Shown here piece after piece: positions 46,101 through 57,100 of a DNA stretch of 64,000 bases. The DNA is taken from contig OZ024741.1 of assembly GCA_964016885.1 (NCBI GenBank), positions 102,858,001 through 102,922,000 of the forward strand, in the 5' to 3' direction. The translations under genes and the position numbers were made by a program. This stretch comes from Eledone cirrhosa. Taxonomy: Eukaryota. Positions within the stretch are counted from its first letter, which is position 1, and the number at the start of each line of letters is the position of its first letter. The notes beneath the pieces were generated by a model that saw only the letters and a program-made list of their open reading frames with translations, was not told the origin of the DNA and made no database searches.

Positions 46101-49100
46101 GATCACGAATTTGTGGTCCGTGTAGCTGACTATCTTGAATTGTGGACAGCCTATGCTAGACCTATCTATTTCCCTACAAAATACTCTATCTAGATATGAT
46201 CTGGATGACCCTATGCGGTTTGTCCAAGTCCACATTGGCACATTCGGGAAATCCAATCGGTACCTGTCAGACATTTGAAAACGCCTGAGCAGGTTGGTGA
46301 GGCTCTTGCACCCTCCACCCCTATCCGCTAATCCCACACAGTCCCAGCGTGCATCTAAGATCCCGTTCCAGTCGCCCACTAACACTAAAGAGCGGGACGT
46401 TCCAAGAAAGGTCTCCAGACGCCGGAAGAAATCAGGCCGCCCTGCTCCTGTCGGGGCATAGACGGCCACTAGCCTGAAAGCTTGCCCGTCTCCGCTGGTC
46501 ACGTCCAGCACCACCAGCTTACCCTCTGGGTCCAGGAAGATGGCCCGTATGGCGAGATCCAAACCTCTCCGAAAAAGCACAGCAACTCCTCCACCGGATC
46601 CAGGACGGCTGGGAGATGCGTACACATCGTAGCCGCCGAAGATCGGTGCGAAGGCCCGTGCTTAGGAGATTCTGGTCTCGCTGATGGCCACTACATCTAT
46701 GTTTAGTGACCTGAGGTCGTTGAGCAGGTAACCCTGCTTCCATGACGACCCCAAGCCACGCGCATTTATGCTGCCTATTCTGAGTGAGGTCATGGTTAAA
46801 ATAGAGTGGAAAAGATGGGAAAGACCACTTACCGTACTTTTGGTAGAGGAGGGATGGTTTTTACATCCCTTTTCACTTGATCGTCTGGTGAAGGGACCGT
46901 TGAATCGTCCCTTCGGCTGGTCGTCGGCTCTTCTAAGAGAATGTCTGAGTATACTCTTCGATTGATGGTTCCTCCTAGGTCCCTGAAATCACCAACTGCG
47001 TTGGGGAATTTCGTTTTAATGTTTGTGTATTGTTTCTGTGCTATTTTTAGCAGTCTTATGTTAGTTGGCGTTTTGATTGGTGCTGGTATTATGTAGTCCT
47101 GTTGTGAAATGTCTGTGTGTTCAATTATGTAAGTCATTAGTTTCTTGTTGTGTGTATTTATTGCCGTGCATTTGTTTTTCTGGGGATGGGGTGTGGTTCT
47201 ACTATTTTCTTGTCGTTGTTGCTGGGTGTGTGTGTTTTGTTGTTGTGTTTGCGATGTTGGTGCTTGTGGTGGTGGTGTTGAAGGTGTTGTTGGCGGTGGG
47301 GTTGTCGCCGGTGGTGATGGTGGCGCTAGTGTGGGTGGTGATGGTGTTGGTGTTGTTGCTGCTGTGGGTCTCTTTGCAGTAGACTTTACCCTTTTCTCAT
47401 TTCTTTCCTCCCTTTTCAAAGGCGACGATGCGCTGCTTCTGCGTTTGTGCCTTCTTGCGACCTTTTGCCATCCCTCTCCCACCTCACACTCCATGTCTGA
47501 TTCTGTAAGGTCGGGGAGGGGTACCAGCTCCACTCTTTCACTTGTTGTTGTTGGTGATGTTTGCACTGGAGTCTCTGTTGCAGCTGCATTTGGTATTGCT
47601 GTTGTTGTTGTTAATATTTCCACTGCTGCTGCTGTCTTTGATTTCCGTGGAGTGGGTATGGGTGCCACGGACCTATCGTTCCTGGTTGCCGCTTGTCCTG
47701 TTGCTGGTAGCCGTGGAGCCGGATTCGGAAGGAGGGGGGTTTTCTCCTTTCTCAGGGTCTTCTCGTTGCAGAAGGCCCTGAGGTGAGTCTTCGATCCACA
47801 GCGAAAGCATTTCGGGCGTTTGCCCTCAACACTTATGGGCAGTTGAGTGCCGTTATCGAAGTCTATCACATCCGGGATAGCTTCGATGCACTCCTGGTTG
47901 GTTTGGATTAGCATCTCAATGGAGGAGCCGACCCAATCTTCTCTTACTTTTTTCTGTACTTGCAGTACAGTTGTTTTGTCCTCGATTCCGACGAGGACAG
48001 ACGCGGCCAGCCAAGAAGGGGTCATTCCGGGGGCGACGTGGGTCAGTTTGACCCTCACAATTTTTTGCCCGCAGTAGGAGGGCACCAACACCATTTCCTC
48101 GCTCCTTAGGGTCACTACTGATTGGGCCTTTGCCTCCTGGGGTGTGGCAAAAAGTACGTCTACGGTGGCGTATTTTTTGCCTCGGGTGATGTGCGTTTTC
48201 CTCTGCCACACAGACCCCAAGGCTTTTTGTATTTGGGCCTCTGTGGCTCTTTCCACCCTACGGGATTTTGTACTTACTGTACGGTACGTGACCGTACAGT
48301 GCTCTTGGGTTTCGAAAACATTTTTCGCTGCCTTGCAGATTGCTCGGTGTCCGTTCTTTGTCACCATCTTCTTCGCTTCCTCTAATTCCTCATTTGTTAT
48401 GAGGATTGTTTCCAAGTTTTTCGCAATACCTGCAAATGAGATTGGTTTTTCTCTGCTGTTGTTGTTGTCGTCAGAGCTGCTGGTACTTTTGTTGCTGCAG
48501 GTACTACGACTACTGCCTCCGCCGCTGTTGCTGTGGTTGTTGTTGGTGTTGCTGCTGCTAATGCTGTTGTTGTTTATGCTGCTGGTGATGCTGTTGCGGC
48601 TGCTACTGTTGTTTTCATTGTCACTGTTGCTGTTGTTATTACGGCTGCTACTGCTATTATTCCTGACGTCAGACGAATGAACTGGGTTTTCGTATTTCCC
48701 GCACACCTGTTTCGTCGCTGTCGTCGTCGTCGTGGAGAAACCTTGCACGCTTTGCACGAGACTTTTCTTTTCTTTCGTCGCTTGCGAAATAGAAGGGAGG
48801 GAGAGAGACACATTTAAAGAAGGGAGGGAGAGAGACAATCTTCTCTCTGCTGTAGTGATGATTGAGGAAGAAGAAGACGGAATGAGTGGGAGTGACGTAT
48901 GAAATTTCTTTTTGGTAGCCATGTTTTTTTTGTTTAAAATGAAATTTTGGGTACAAAACCCCAATAACTGGTTATTTAACCCCGAAGGGCCAAATAACGG
49001 GCAGAAAGACCCCTCTCACGAGGAGGAGGGTGTCTTTATCAACAATTAGGTTCAAGTTTTAAACAAATTACAATTGTTTTAAAGGTTAAAAATTACTATA

Positions 49101-49136
49101 CCTTACAGAGCCGAGCCTCCGTCAACCATGGCATTC
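43113..49136 (-). mobile_element. Tx1-like element type a, full-length copy a3 (ORF2 disrupted)
   Basis: Near-identical to a2; ORF2 has an early stop (~46663) and frameshifts near 44550 and 44035. Confidence 0.93.
46829..48922 (-). CDS. ORF1 type a of a3 (697 aa, intact)
   Basis: Near-identical to a2 ORF1. Confidence 0.88.
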   Translation of the reverse strand: MATKKKFHTSLPLIPSSSSSIITTAERRLSLSLPSLNVSLSLPSISQATKEKKSLVQSVQGFSTTTTTATKQVCGKYENPVHSSDVRNNSSSSRNNNSNSDNENNSSSRNSITSSINNNSISSSNTNNNHSNSGGGSSRSTCSNKSTSSSDDNNNSREKPISFAGIAKNLETILITNEELEEAKKMVTKNGHRAICKAAKNVFETQEHCTVTYRTVSTKSRRVERATEAQIQKALGSVWQRKTHITRGKKYATVDVLFATPQEAKAQSVVTLRSEEMVLVPSYCGQKIVRVKLTHVAPGMTPSWLAASVLVGIEDKTTVLQVQKKVREDWVGSSIEMLIQTNQECIEAIPDVIDFDNGTQLPISVEGKRPKCFRCGSKTHLRAFCNEKTLRKEKTPLLPNPAPRLPATGQAATRNDRSVAPIPTPRKSKTAAAVEILTTTTAIPNAAATETPVQTSPTTTSERVELVPLPDLTESDMECEVGEGWQKVARRHKRRSSASSPLKREERNEKRVKSTAKRPTAATTPTPSPPTLAPPSPPATTPPPTTPSTPPPQAPTSQTQQQNTHTQQQRQENSRTTPHPQKNKCTAINTHNKKLMTYIIEHTDISQQDYIIPAPIKTPTNIRLLKIAQKQYTNIKTKFPNAVGDFRDLGGTINRRVYSDILLEEPTTSRRDDSTVPSPDDQVKRDVKTIPPLPKVR

Positions 49137-49228
<92 letters not shown>

Positions 49229-52200
49229 GGAAGGGAAGCAGACGCACGTGGTGGATAGAAGGTCATGAAATCGCTCCCGTAAGTTTTTGATTTTTAACAT
49301 ATTTAAATAACAATTCTTAGTACAAATGATACATAAAGCACCAGACTCAAGTCTCAAAGTAATTCGGATCTATAATATATTGTTATATCGCTCAAATATT
49401 CAATTTTGTATTATACATTTTATATTCAAAAAAGAAAATGGTTATAAATGGAAGAAAACACCCTCTGTCAACACTATATAGAACAGCCAAATAACAGCAA
49501 TTTCACCAACACCAGAAACTAGATACACCACCTACCCCATCACCCCTCTGTGTACACTAAATACAACAGCCAGATAACGGCAATTTCACCACCTCCACCA
49601 CCACCAATCCCAGCATAATAATAATAATTACTATTATTATTGTCTCAAGTTTTAACAAAATTTTTAATTCCAATATTAAAAGAATATGTCAAAACATATA
49701 TTAAACATACGCGACAAACGCATAGATACACAGATGAAACAAAACTACAGTCTATTCAACAAAACTCAGTAACGAGAACGCCATCACTATAGTCACCGCC
49801 GCCACCACTCCATCCATCATTGCTACCACTATCCTATCACCGCTGCCACCACTCCTTCATTGCTACCACCACTATTCCCCCATTACCTTCTGTTAACTTA
49901 AGAAAGGGGAAGGTGGCGGTATCACTAGACAAGGGAGAGGCTAGCAAATGATATAACGAGATTGACTTAGTGACCCGGCCACCGGCCAAACGTCGACGAC
50001 TATCGCACTGCTGGCTCCCCCCTTCCCCACCAACAATAGAAAAAGCCCCAGCACCACCACCGACATAGCCAACAACAATAACAGGCAACTTGAGCAAAAA
50101 GTATATTATATTATTAATAATTTCATTCTTAAGCCACGCAATGCTCACATTAAGGAACCACTCATGATAATAACAATTTAAAAAACAACAAAAAAGAAAA
50201 CCCCGTGACCAAGAAATACCGGGAAGGCGGCCGGCGGGGAATAGCCGTGTCTCTAGGGGCGGACGACCCCTCTAGTCTTGGTTGACACTCGTCCTAGAAG
50301 TGGTAAAACGAAATGATTACCCCTTGGCGGATAAGGATAAAAAGCGACAAAATAAAGTAAATGTCTAATGATAAAATCTCATACCGGATCGGCCGTCACC
50401 CGGGTCAAAAAGGGCCGCGTCCCTCAGAGAGGAACCAGAATGGGGTCGAAAAATCAGCTAATGGTTCAAACCTTCCCATCAATTCGGAGCTGGAGACATC
50501 CCATAACCGGAATACTCCTACTGTTGGCCCTCCATGCTCACCACCAAGAAATCCAAAGAAAAAGAGAGAAAAATGGTCAAGGGAAGATAATAAAGAAGTC
50601 CTTGAGGCTTTCTACACTGCCATGTACTACCCATCAAATACATCGAATACAGAACAGACATATATCAACTGGAAAAAGAAACATCCCGAAAACAGAGGCT
50701 ATATTGACAGTAACAAACTAGCCAATATACGAAGAAATAGTGTAAGAAAAAAGTTACTAACTGATATAAAAATTGATCAGATCAAGCTATTAGCACAAAG
50801 TCAGCGAAGGGAAAATGAAACATGTGTCAGTGAAAACGAGGTAAATTGTAACACTTCGAATCCCAGGGTTGGGGTGGATTCACTGACAACAGAACAAATT
50901 AAAGAAAGGATCGAAAAAGTGGAGGGAGTGCATGCTCAAGATGAAACTCCAAATGAAAACAATGAGATCGTAAATGATAAAGAAATGAATGAGAATGAAC
51001 TTACCAACTTGAAGGGTGAAATTATGATCGAATGGATGAAAATGAAAGAATCTGACATGGGGGAACGAGACACCCTCCCTAAGATCCAGAACTCCAAACA
51101 GAACTCCAAACAGAACCAAAAGATAATACACAAGACTAACATAATTCTCAAAAACATTATCATCGCAAACAAACTAAACATTACTGATTTAAATCATCTC
51201 TATTATGCATCGGCTAAAGTCACCACTCACTTATGTGGAGTGAAAATTAAAAGACAAAGGAATTCCCACAAGAAATCTACTTGGCAAGAGAACATCAATC
51301 GCCAAATAAACCTTCTCCGATCTGACATAGAAATTTTAACAAACTATAAAGTAGGTGAACATGTTAAACAAACTAAACTTAGAAAATTGAAAAGAAAGTA
51401 CAGTATAAAATCAACAAGTGACATAGACATGCTGATAGAAATAATCAAGCAAAAAGTGTCGGCCAAAGCTGCTCGTATAAGGCGCTTTGAAAAACGATCT
51501 AGATTCTATAAGGACAATAATATGTTCAAAAACAACCAAAGAAACTTCTACAGAAAAATTGGTAAGTCAACAATAACTGCTAAATCAATACCACCCAAGA
51601 ACGAAGTGCAAGAATTCTGGGAAAAGATCTGGGCCGAAGAAAAAGTTCATAATATACATGCCCCATGGATAGACAGACAAATGAAAGATACAGCTCACCT
51701 TGAGGAACAAATATGGGAAAATGTAACAGTTGAAACAGTTAACATTTGGCTCTAAGAAAAGCCAGCAAATGGAAATCCCCAGGAAAAGACAAAATACAAA
51801 ATTTTTTGATAAATACCTTCACAGAGTCTCATGAGCTGTTAGCCCAACTTTACAATGAAATAATTAAGGAGCCAGAAAAGATACCATCATGGCTAGTTAA
51901 CGGCATTACATTCCTGCTTCCGAAGAATGATGAGACAAACAATCCCAAAAATTACAGACCGATAACTTGCTTGACCACAATGTATAAAATTTTAACATCA
52001 GTCCTAACTGAATATACATATGACCACCTGATAACAAATGACCTATTTCCCATTGAGCAGAAAGGGTGTAAACGAGGCTCATATGGCTATAAGGATCAGC
52101 TTTTGGTTAACAAAATGATACTGGAAGATTGTTATAATAGACACAAAAATCTATCAATTGCTTGGATAGATTATTAAAAAGCATTCGATAGTTTGCCACA

Positions 52201-54157
52201 CAGTTGGATTGAAAAATGTTTAGAGATTTTCAAAATATCCCCCGTTGTCAGGAGGATTTTGTCATTCAGTATGAAGACATGGAAAACGACACTCCTTTTG
52301 AATAGTGAAACAAAATCACTGGAAGCTGGAGAAGTTAATATTAATTGTGGAATTTTTCAGGGTGACTCTTTATCACCGCTTTTATTCTGCATCGCACTTA
52401 TACCATTAAGTAAAATGCTCAATGAAACAAAACATGGATGTAAAGTCTATGACAAAACCATTAATCACTTGTTCTACATGGATGACCTGAAACTATTTGC
52501 AGAAAATGATGAACAATTGCAAGGGCTATTATCCACTGTGGAGCAGTTCAGTGATGACATTAAAATGGAGTTTGGACTAGATAAATGCGCCAAAGCAACG
52601 TTTACCAGAGGAAAGCTGCTGAAGAGTTCAGACATTAATCTTGATCGGGGGAATGTGATCAAGAGGAAAGTTACAAATATCTAGGTGTTTGTGAAGGAGA
52701 CGGAATCAAGCACTCGACAATGAGGGAAAGGATAAGGAAGGAATGTTACCGCAGAGTAAGCGCAATCATAAGAACGGAATTGAATGCAAGGAATAGGATC
52801 GATGCCATAAACACGCTTGCCATACCAGTAGTAACCTACAGTTACAATGTCATCAACTGGTCAAGCACAGAGATCCGTAGGCTCGATACAAAAATTTGAA
52901 AATTCTTAACCATGCACAGAATGCATCACCCTAAGGCAGATACAAATAGAATATATCTCCCTAGGAAAGAAGGAGGACGGGGGTTAATCCAGTAAGACAT
53001 TGCGTTGAAAACTGCAACAATTGGATTATCTACATATCTAAGCGAATCACATGATTGGATGATCAAACTCGTTTTGAAACACGAAAGCATCAAAAGATCA
53101 TACTCCATTACAAAAGATGCACAAAGATACAGTAATGGACTACAAATTTCAGAAGTCCCATTTACTGCTGAAATGGAAACACAGAAAAAGCAAAGCAGGT
53201 AAAAGTAACTGCAAAGAAAGAACTGCTACAGAAACTGGATAAGAAATTGCAAGAAAAGCCTCTGTATGGAAAATACCCAGAACGAGCTAACAATCCTGAT
53301 GTTGACAAAACTTTAACCCATCAGTGGTTGGCATCCTCTGGACTGAAATCGGAGACTGAAGGACTGATTATATCTGCACAAGATCAGTGTCTGCCAACAA
53401 AAAATTACCAAGCCAACATAATAAAAAATGGATGCAGCCCATTATGCCGTGTATGGAAAAAATAACCAGAGACCATTGACCATACAATTTCAATGTCCAG
53501 TCCTATAGCTCCAACCGAATACCTAAACAGGCATGACAGAGCTGCACAATACATACATTGGATAATGTGTAAGCATTTTGACCTGCTCCATCAAAAGAAT
53601 TGGTGGGAGCATCAACCACCTCCCATACTTGAAAAAGATCACATCTCAATCTTGTGGAACTTTAGCATCCAAACAGACCGAAAAATAGATGCAAATAGAC
53701 CTGATATAATACTGAAGGACTTTAAAAAGAGGGTATGCCTGCTAATTGATATCTCTGTTCCAATAGACAAGAATGTATCTATAAAAACATTTGATAAATT
53801 GAGCAAGTATAAGGACCTGGAGATAGAAATTGGAAAAATGTGGAAATTGAGAACTAGAACAATACCAGTGGTTGTAGGCGCTCTGGGAATGATACCTAAG
53901 GGGTCTAATGATTACTTATCACAAATCCCAGGAAAACCCGCGTATAGGAGAAATACAAAAGATAGTACTAATGGGAACTGCCCATATACTAAGGAAGATT
54001 CTGTCAATATAAGTACATCACAAGTCTAAACACCTAAAGATGCATGTGTGAGTATGTATATTCTTTCTTGAACATGGCGGACCTTGTTGTCTCTTGAGGT
54101 CACTGGTTGTGACTTGGAGATAACTCGTATGAACATAAAGCAAGATAAATGCAGCTG
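49229..54157 (+). mobile_element. Dong family B full-length copy B2 (ORF from 50361 disrupted)
   Basis: Highly similar to B1, with a complete 5' leader; AAT on both sides. Confidence 0.92.
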
Positions 54158-54185
54158 TAATAATAATAATAATAATAATAATAAT

Positions 54186-57100
54186 GATTTCTTTATTAAC
54201 CACAAGGGTTTACATAAAGTATACATTAAGGACAGTACAGGACAATACAGGAAGGTACTAATGGGCATTTCTGCGTGTAAAAAACAAAAACAGAGGATGT
54301 AACAAAAAAATAACAAAGAAAAATTCCCCAATAGGGGGGAGACTTCGGAGGGACATTTGTGGAGAAAGCCCAGTAAAAGGCCACAGTGACCCTGACCACC
54401 AAGGCAAGTGCCCTCTCCCAGTTTTCCACCTTTAATTTACATATGCGTACTCAGAGTAGGCCCATTCACTCGGGCCATTCTTGCTTCTCTCACCCATCTT
54501 TCAACAAAATGCTGGGAAGAGAGCACTTCCCTCTCTATTCTGATTTTCCTTTTCAAATGAAATTTGAAAAAAGTCAATCAGGGCATCACCGAAGAATAAG
54601 TGCTCGTCTTCAGCCCTTTCAAACGTGTCCACCATACTATCTCTTTCGCCATGGCTACCAGACAGATAAAAACTGCCTGCCCTTCCCGGCTAAAGGAAGA
54701 GGGCGGGGCAATCCTAACGATGGACTCAGATGATAGCCGGATCCGTCCTATACGCGACAGCAGGTGTTCGACATAAATCCACAAGTCAGCAATTTTCGGA
54801 TACTGGACGAGTGCGTGCAGGACGGTTTCGTCGCCCTGAGCGCATCTCGGACATGCCCGGCTGACGGCACCTCCATGCCTGTAGAGTGTATCCCGAACTG
54901 GCAAAGCTCGTCGGTAGCACTGCCAGGCCAGAGATTTCTGGAAGTTGTCCATAGGCCCCGGCCCAAAAGTTCTTCCGAAGAGATTGGCTAGTTGATTTTT
55001 GTTTACGCCTAGAGTTTAGCCAAGTACGTCGTCGCTCTTCCCCTCCCCTAATCCTCTATAGAACGCCGAGGTGGAGTTTCCACCGATCACATTGCCCGAT
55101 TGGTCGAGGGCTGTGAGCGCCTGAAGACATTCCAGTCTCCAGGCGCTCCCTCTCGGTCTTCGCTTGACCCAGGAGTGCAGCTCCGTCAAGGAAACGAGCT
55201 GGGGAAATACGTGTCTAGCAAACGGCGACCACACCTGATCACCGTCGAGGAAGAGGTGGAGATGTCGTAGCCTGAGCGCGTGTCTTGGCATCATCTGCCA
55301 CGGCATGCCCAGCCCTCCCAGACCCCTAGCAATTTAACCGGTCCATCCGTCCAGTGTCCGACGACGCTGTTTGACGGCATGGACCTGCCTCTCCAGGTTC
55401 CGAGCTGCAGGCCCACTGACTTTTCCTGGTTGAGCATTGCTCCTGTCAACGCTTGGTATTCTCTTAGTGTAGTGCCGATCGCCTCGATGTGTTTGGCGTT
55501 CGACACCACTACGGTGACATCGTCCGCATATGCTGACACGGATCATCCGCATCCTAGTTCACGCGGGACACCCCTCAACGTCTCCAGTTTTTGCACTAAT
55601 GGCTCGAGAGTCAATACGTACAAGAGGGACGAGAGGGGACATCCTTGGAGGACCGAGCGCATGATGTTGAACGGTTCCGAAAGGTGACCGTTCACTCTCA
55701 CCATAGAGCAGATGTCGCTGTGCATGGCAGCGATCCAACCTCTGAAGACGGGCCCAAAGCCAGCCGCACTCAGGACTGCCGCTAGGTAACGATGGTCGAC
55801 CCTATCGAAAGCTTTCGACTGATCTAAATTGATCAAGGACCCACCTGTGCCAGGTTCCCTAGCTACCCTCTCTACGATGTATCGCATGAGGTGGAGGTTG
55901 TCGTGGATGGATCTGTCGGGAATGGCGCATATCTGCGCCTCTCCCACCAGACCACCAACGACAAGCGCCAATCTCTTTGCTAGCACCTTGGCCAAAATCT
56001 TGAACTCTGTGTTTAGCAGAGTTATGGGCCTGAAATTATCTATGTTATCCCCCTTGTTCGGATCCTTTCTCAGCAGTGCCACCGCTCCTCGGCTCACAGA
56101 GCTGGGAATTCTCCCGTTCTGTTGCCAGTTGCAGTAGACGTCCGCCAAGAGGCCTCCGAACAAGTCTGGCATCTGAACGTAAAGTTCATAGGGTAGACCA
56201 TCCAAACCAGGCGATTTACCCCTTGTGCAGCCAGTCATTGCCTCCCGTACTTCAGCGGCTGTTATCGGCTTTTCGCAACGCTCCGCCTCAGTGGCCGAGA
56301 GCCGCGGCAGTCCGTCGAAGTAGACACTAAAGTCCATCCCTAGACCCGGCCCACCCCTGCCCGCGAACAGCTGAGCGAAGTGACGCTGAAAAGCTTCACA
56401 CATTTTCCCGGGATCGAGTAGCATGCGCCCGTCGTGGTCCACCAAAGACCGGATCGTTGCTTTGTTGCCACGACGCACCTCCGCCACTCGGGCCCATTGA
56501 ACGGCTTTCGTCCCCTCGTGTCTGAGAGCACGCACCCTAGCTCTGACAACGCAGTCTTCGTGCTTTGCATTGAAGAATTGGTCAAGGGCCAATTTCTCCG
56601 CAAGCACGTCGGTCGCGATGCCTTTGTTAAGCGCCTCGTCTAATTTTCTAACTAGTTCTCCTTCTTATTTGTCTCTATTACTAAAGCTTTACTAAACCTA
56701 ATGGATTCTATTCTAATCGCTCTTTTCAGAGCAAACCACCACTTGTTGTTGACGATGGCCCCCGTCAACGCGCACTTAACTAGTTCGCTAATCCGGTCTC
56801 TGTAGGCCTTGCGCGCTGGTAAGGACGCGTTTAGCTTCCAGTAGCCGGGTCCTCGTCTATGAAGCCTATCTAATTGTCCGTGTAGCTGACTATCTTGAAT
56901 TGTGGACAGCCGATGCTAGACCTATCTATTTCCCTACAAAATACTCTATCTAGATATGATCTGGATGACCCTATGCGATTTGTCCAAGTCCACATTGGCA
57001 CATTCGGGAAATCCAATCGGTACCTGTCAGACAGTTCAAAACGCCTGAGCAGGTTGGTGAGGCTCTTGCACCCTCCACTCCTATCCGCTAATCCCACACA

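Noticed and set aside
25205-49136. Array as a pure assembly artefact
   Set aside because: Copies carry many private substitutions and indels and alternate a,b,b,a. Individual homopolymer frameshifts may still be sequencing errors.
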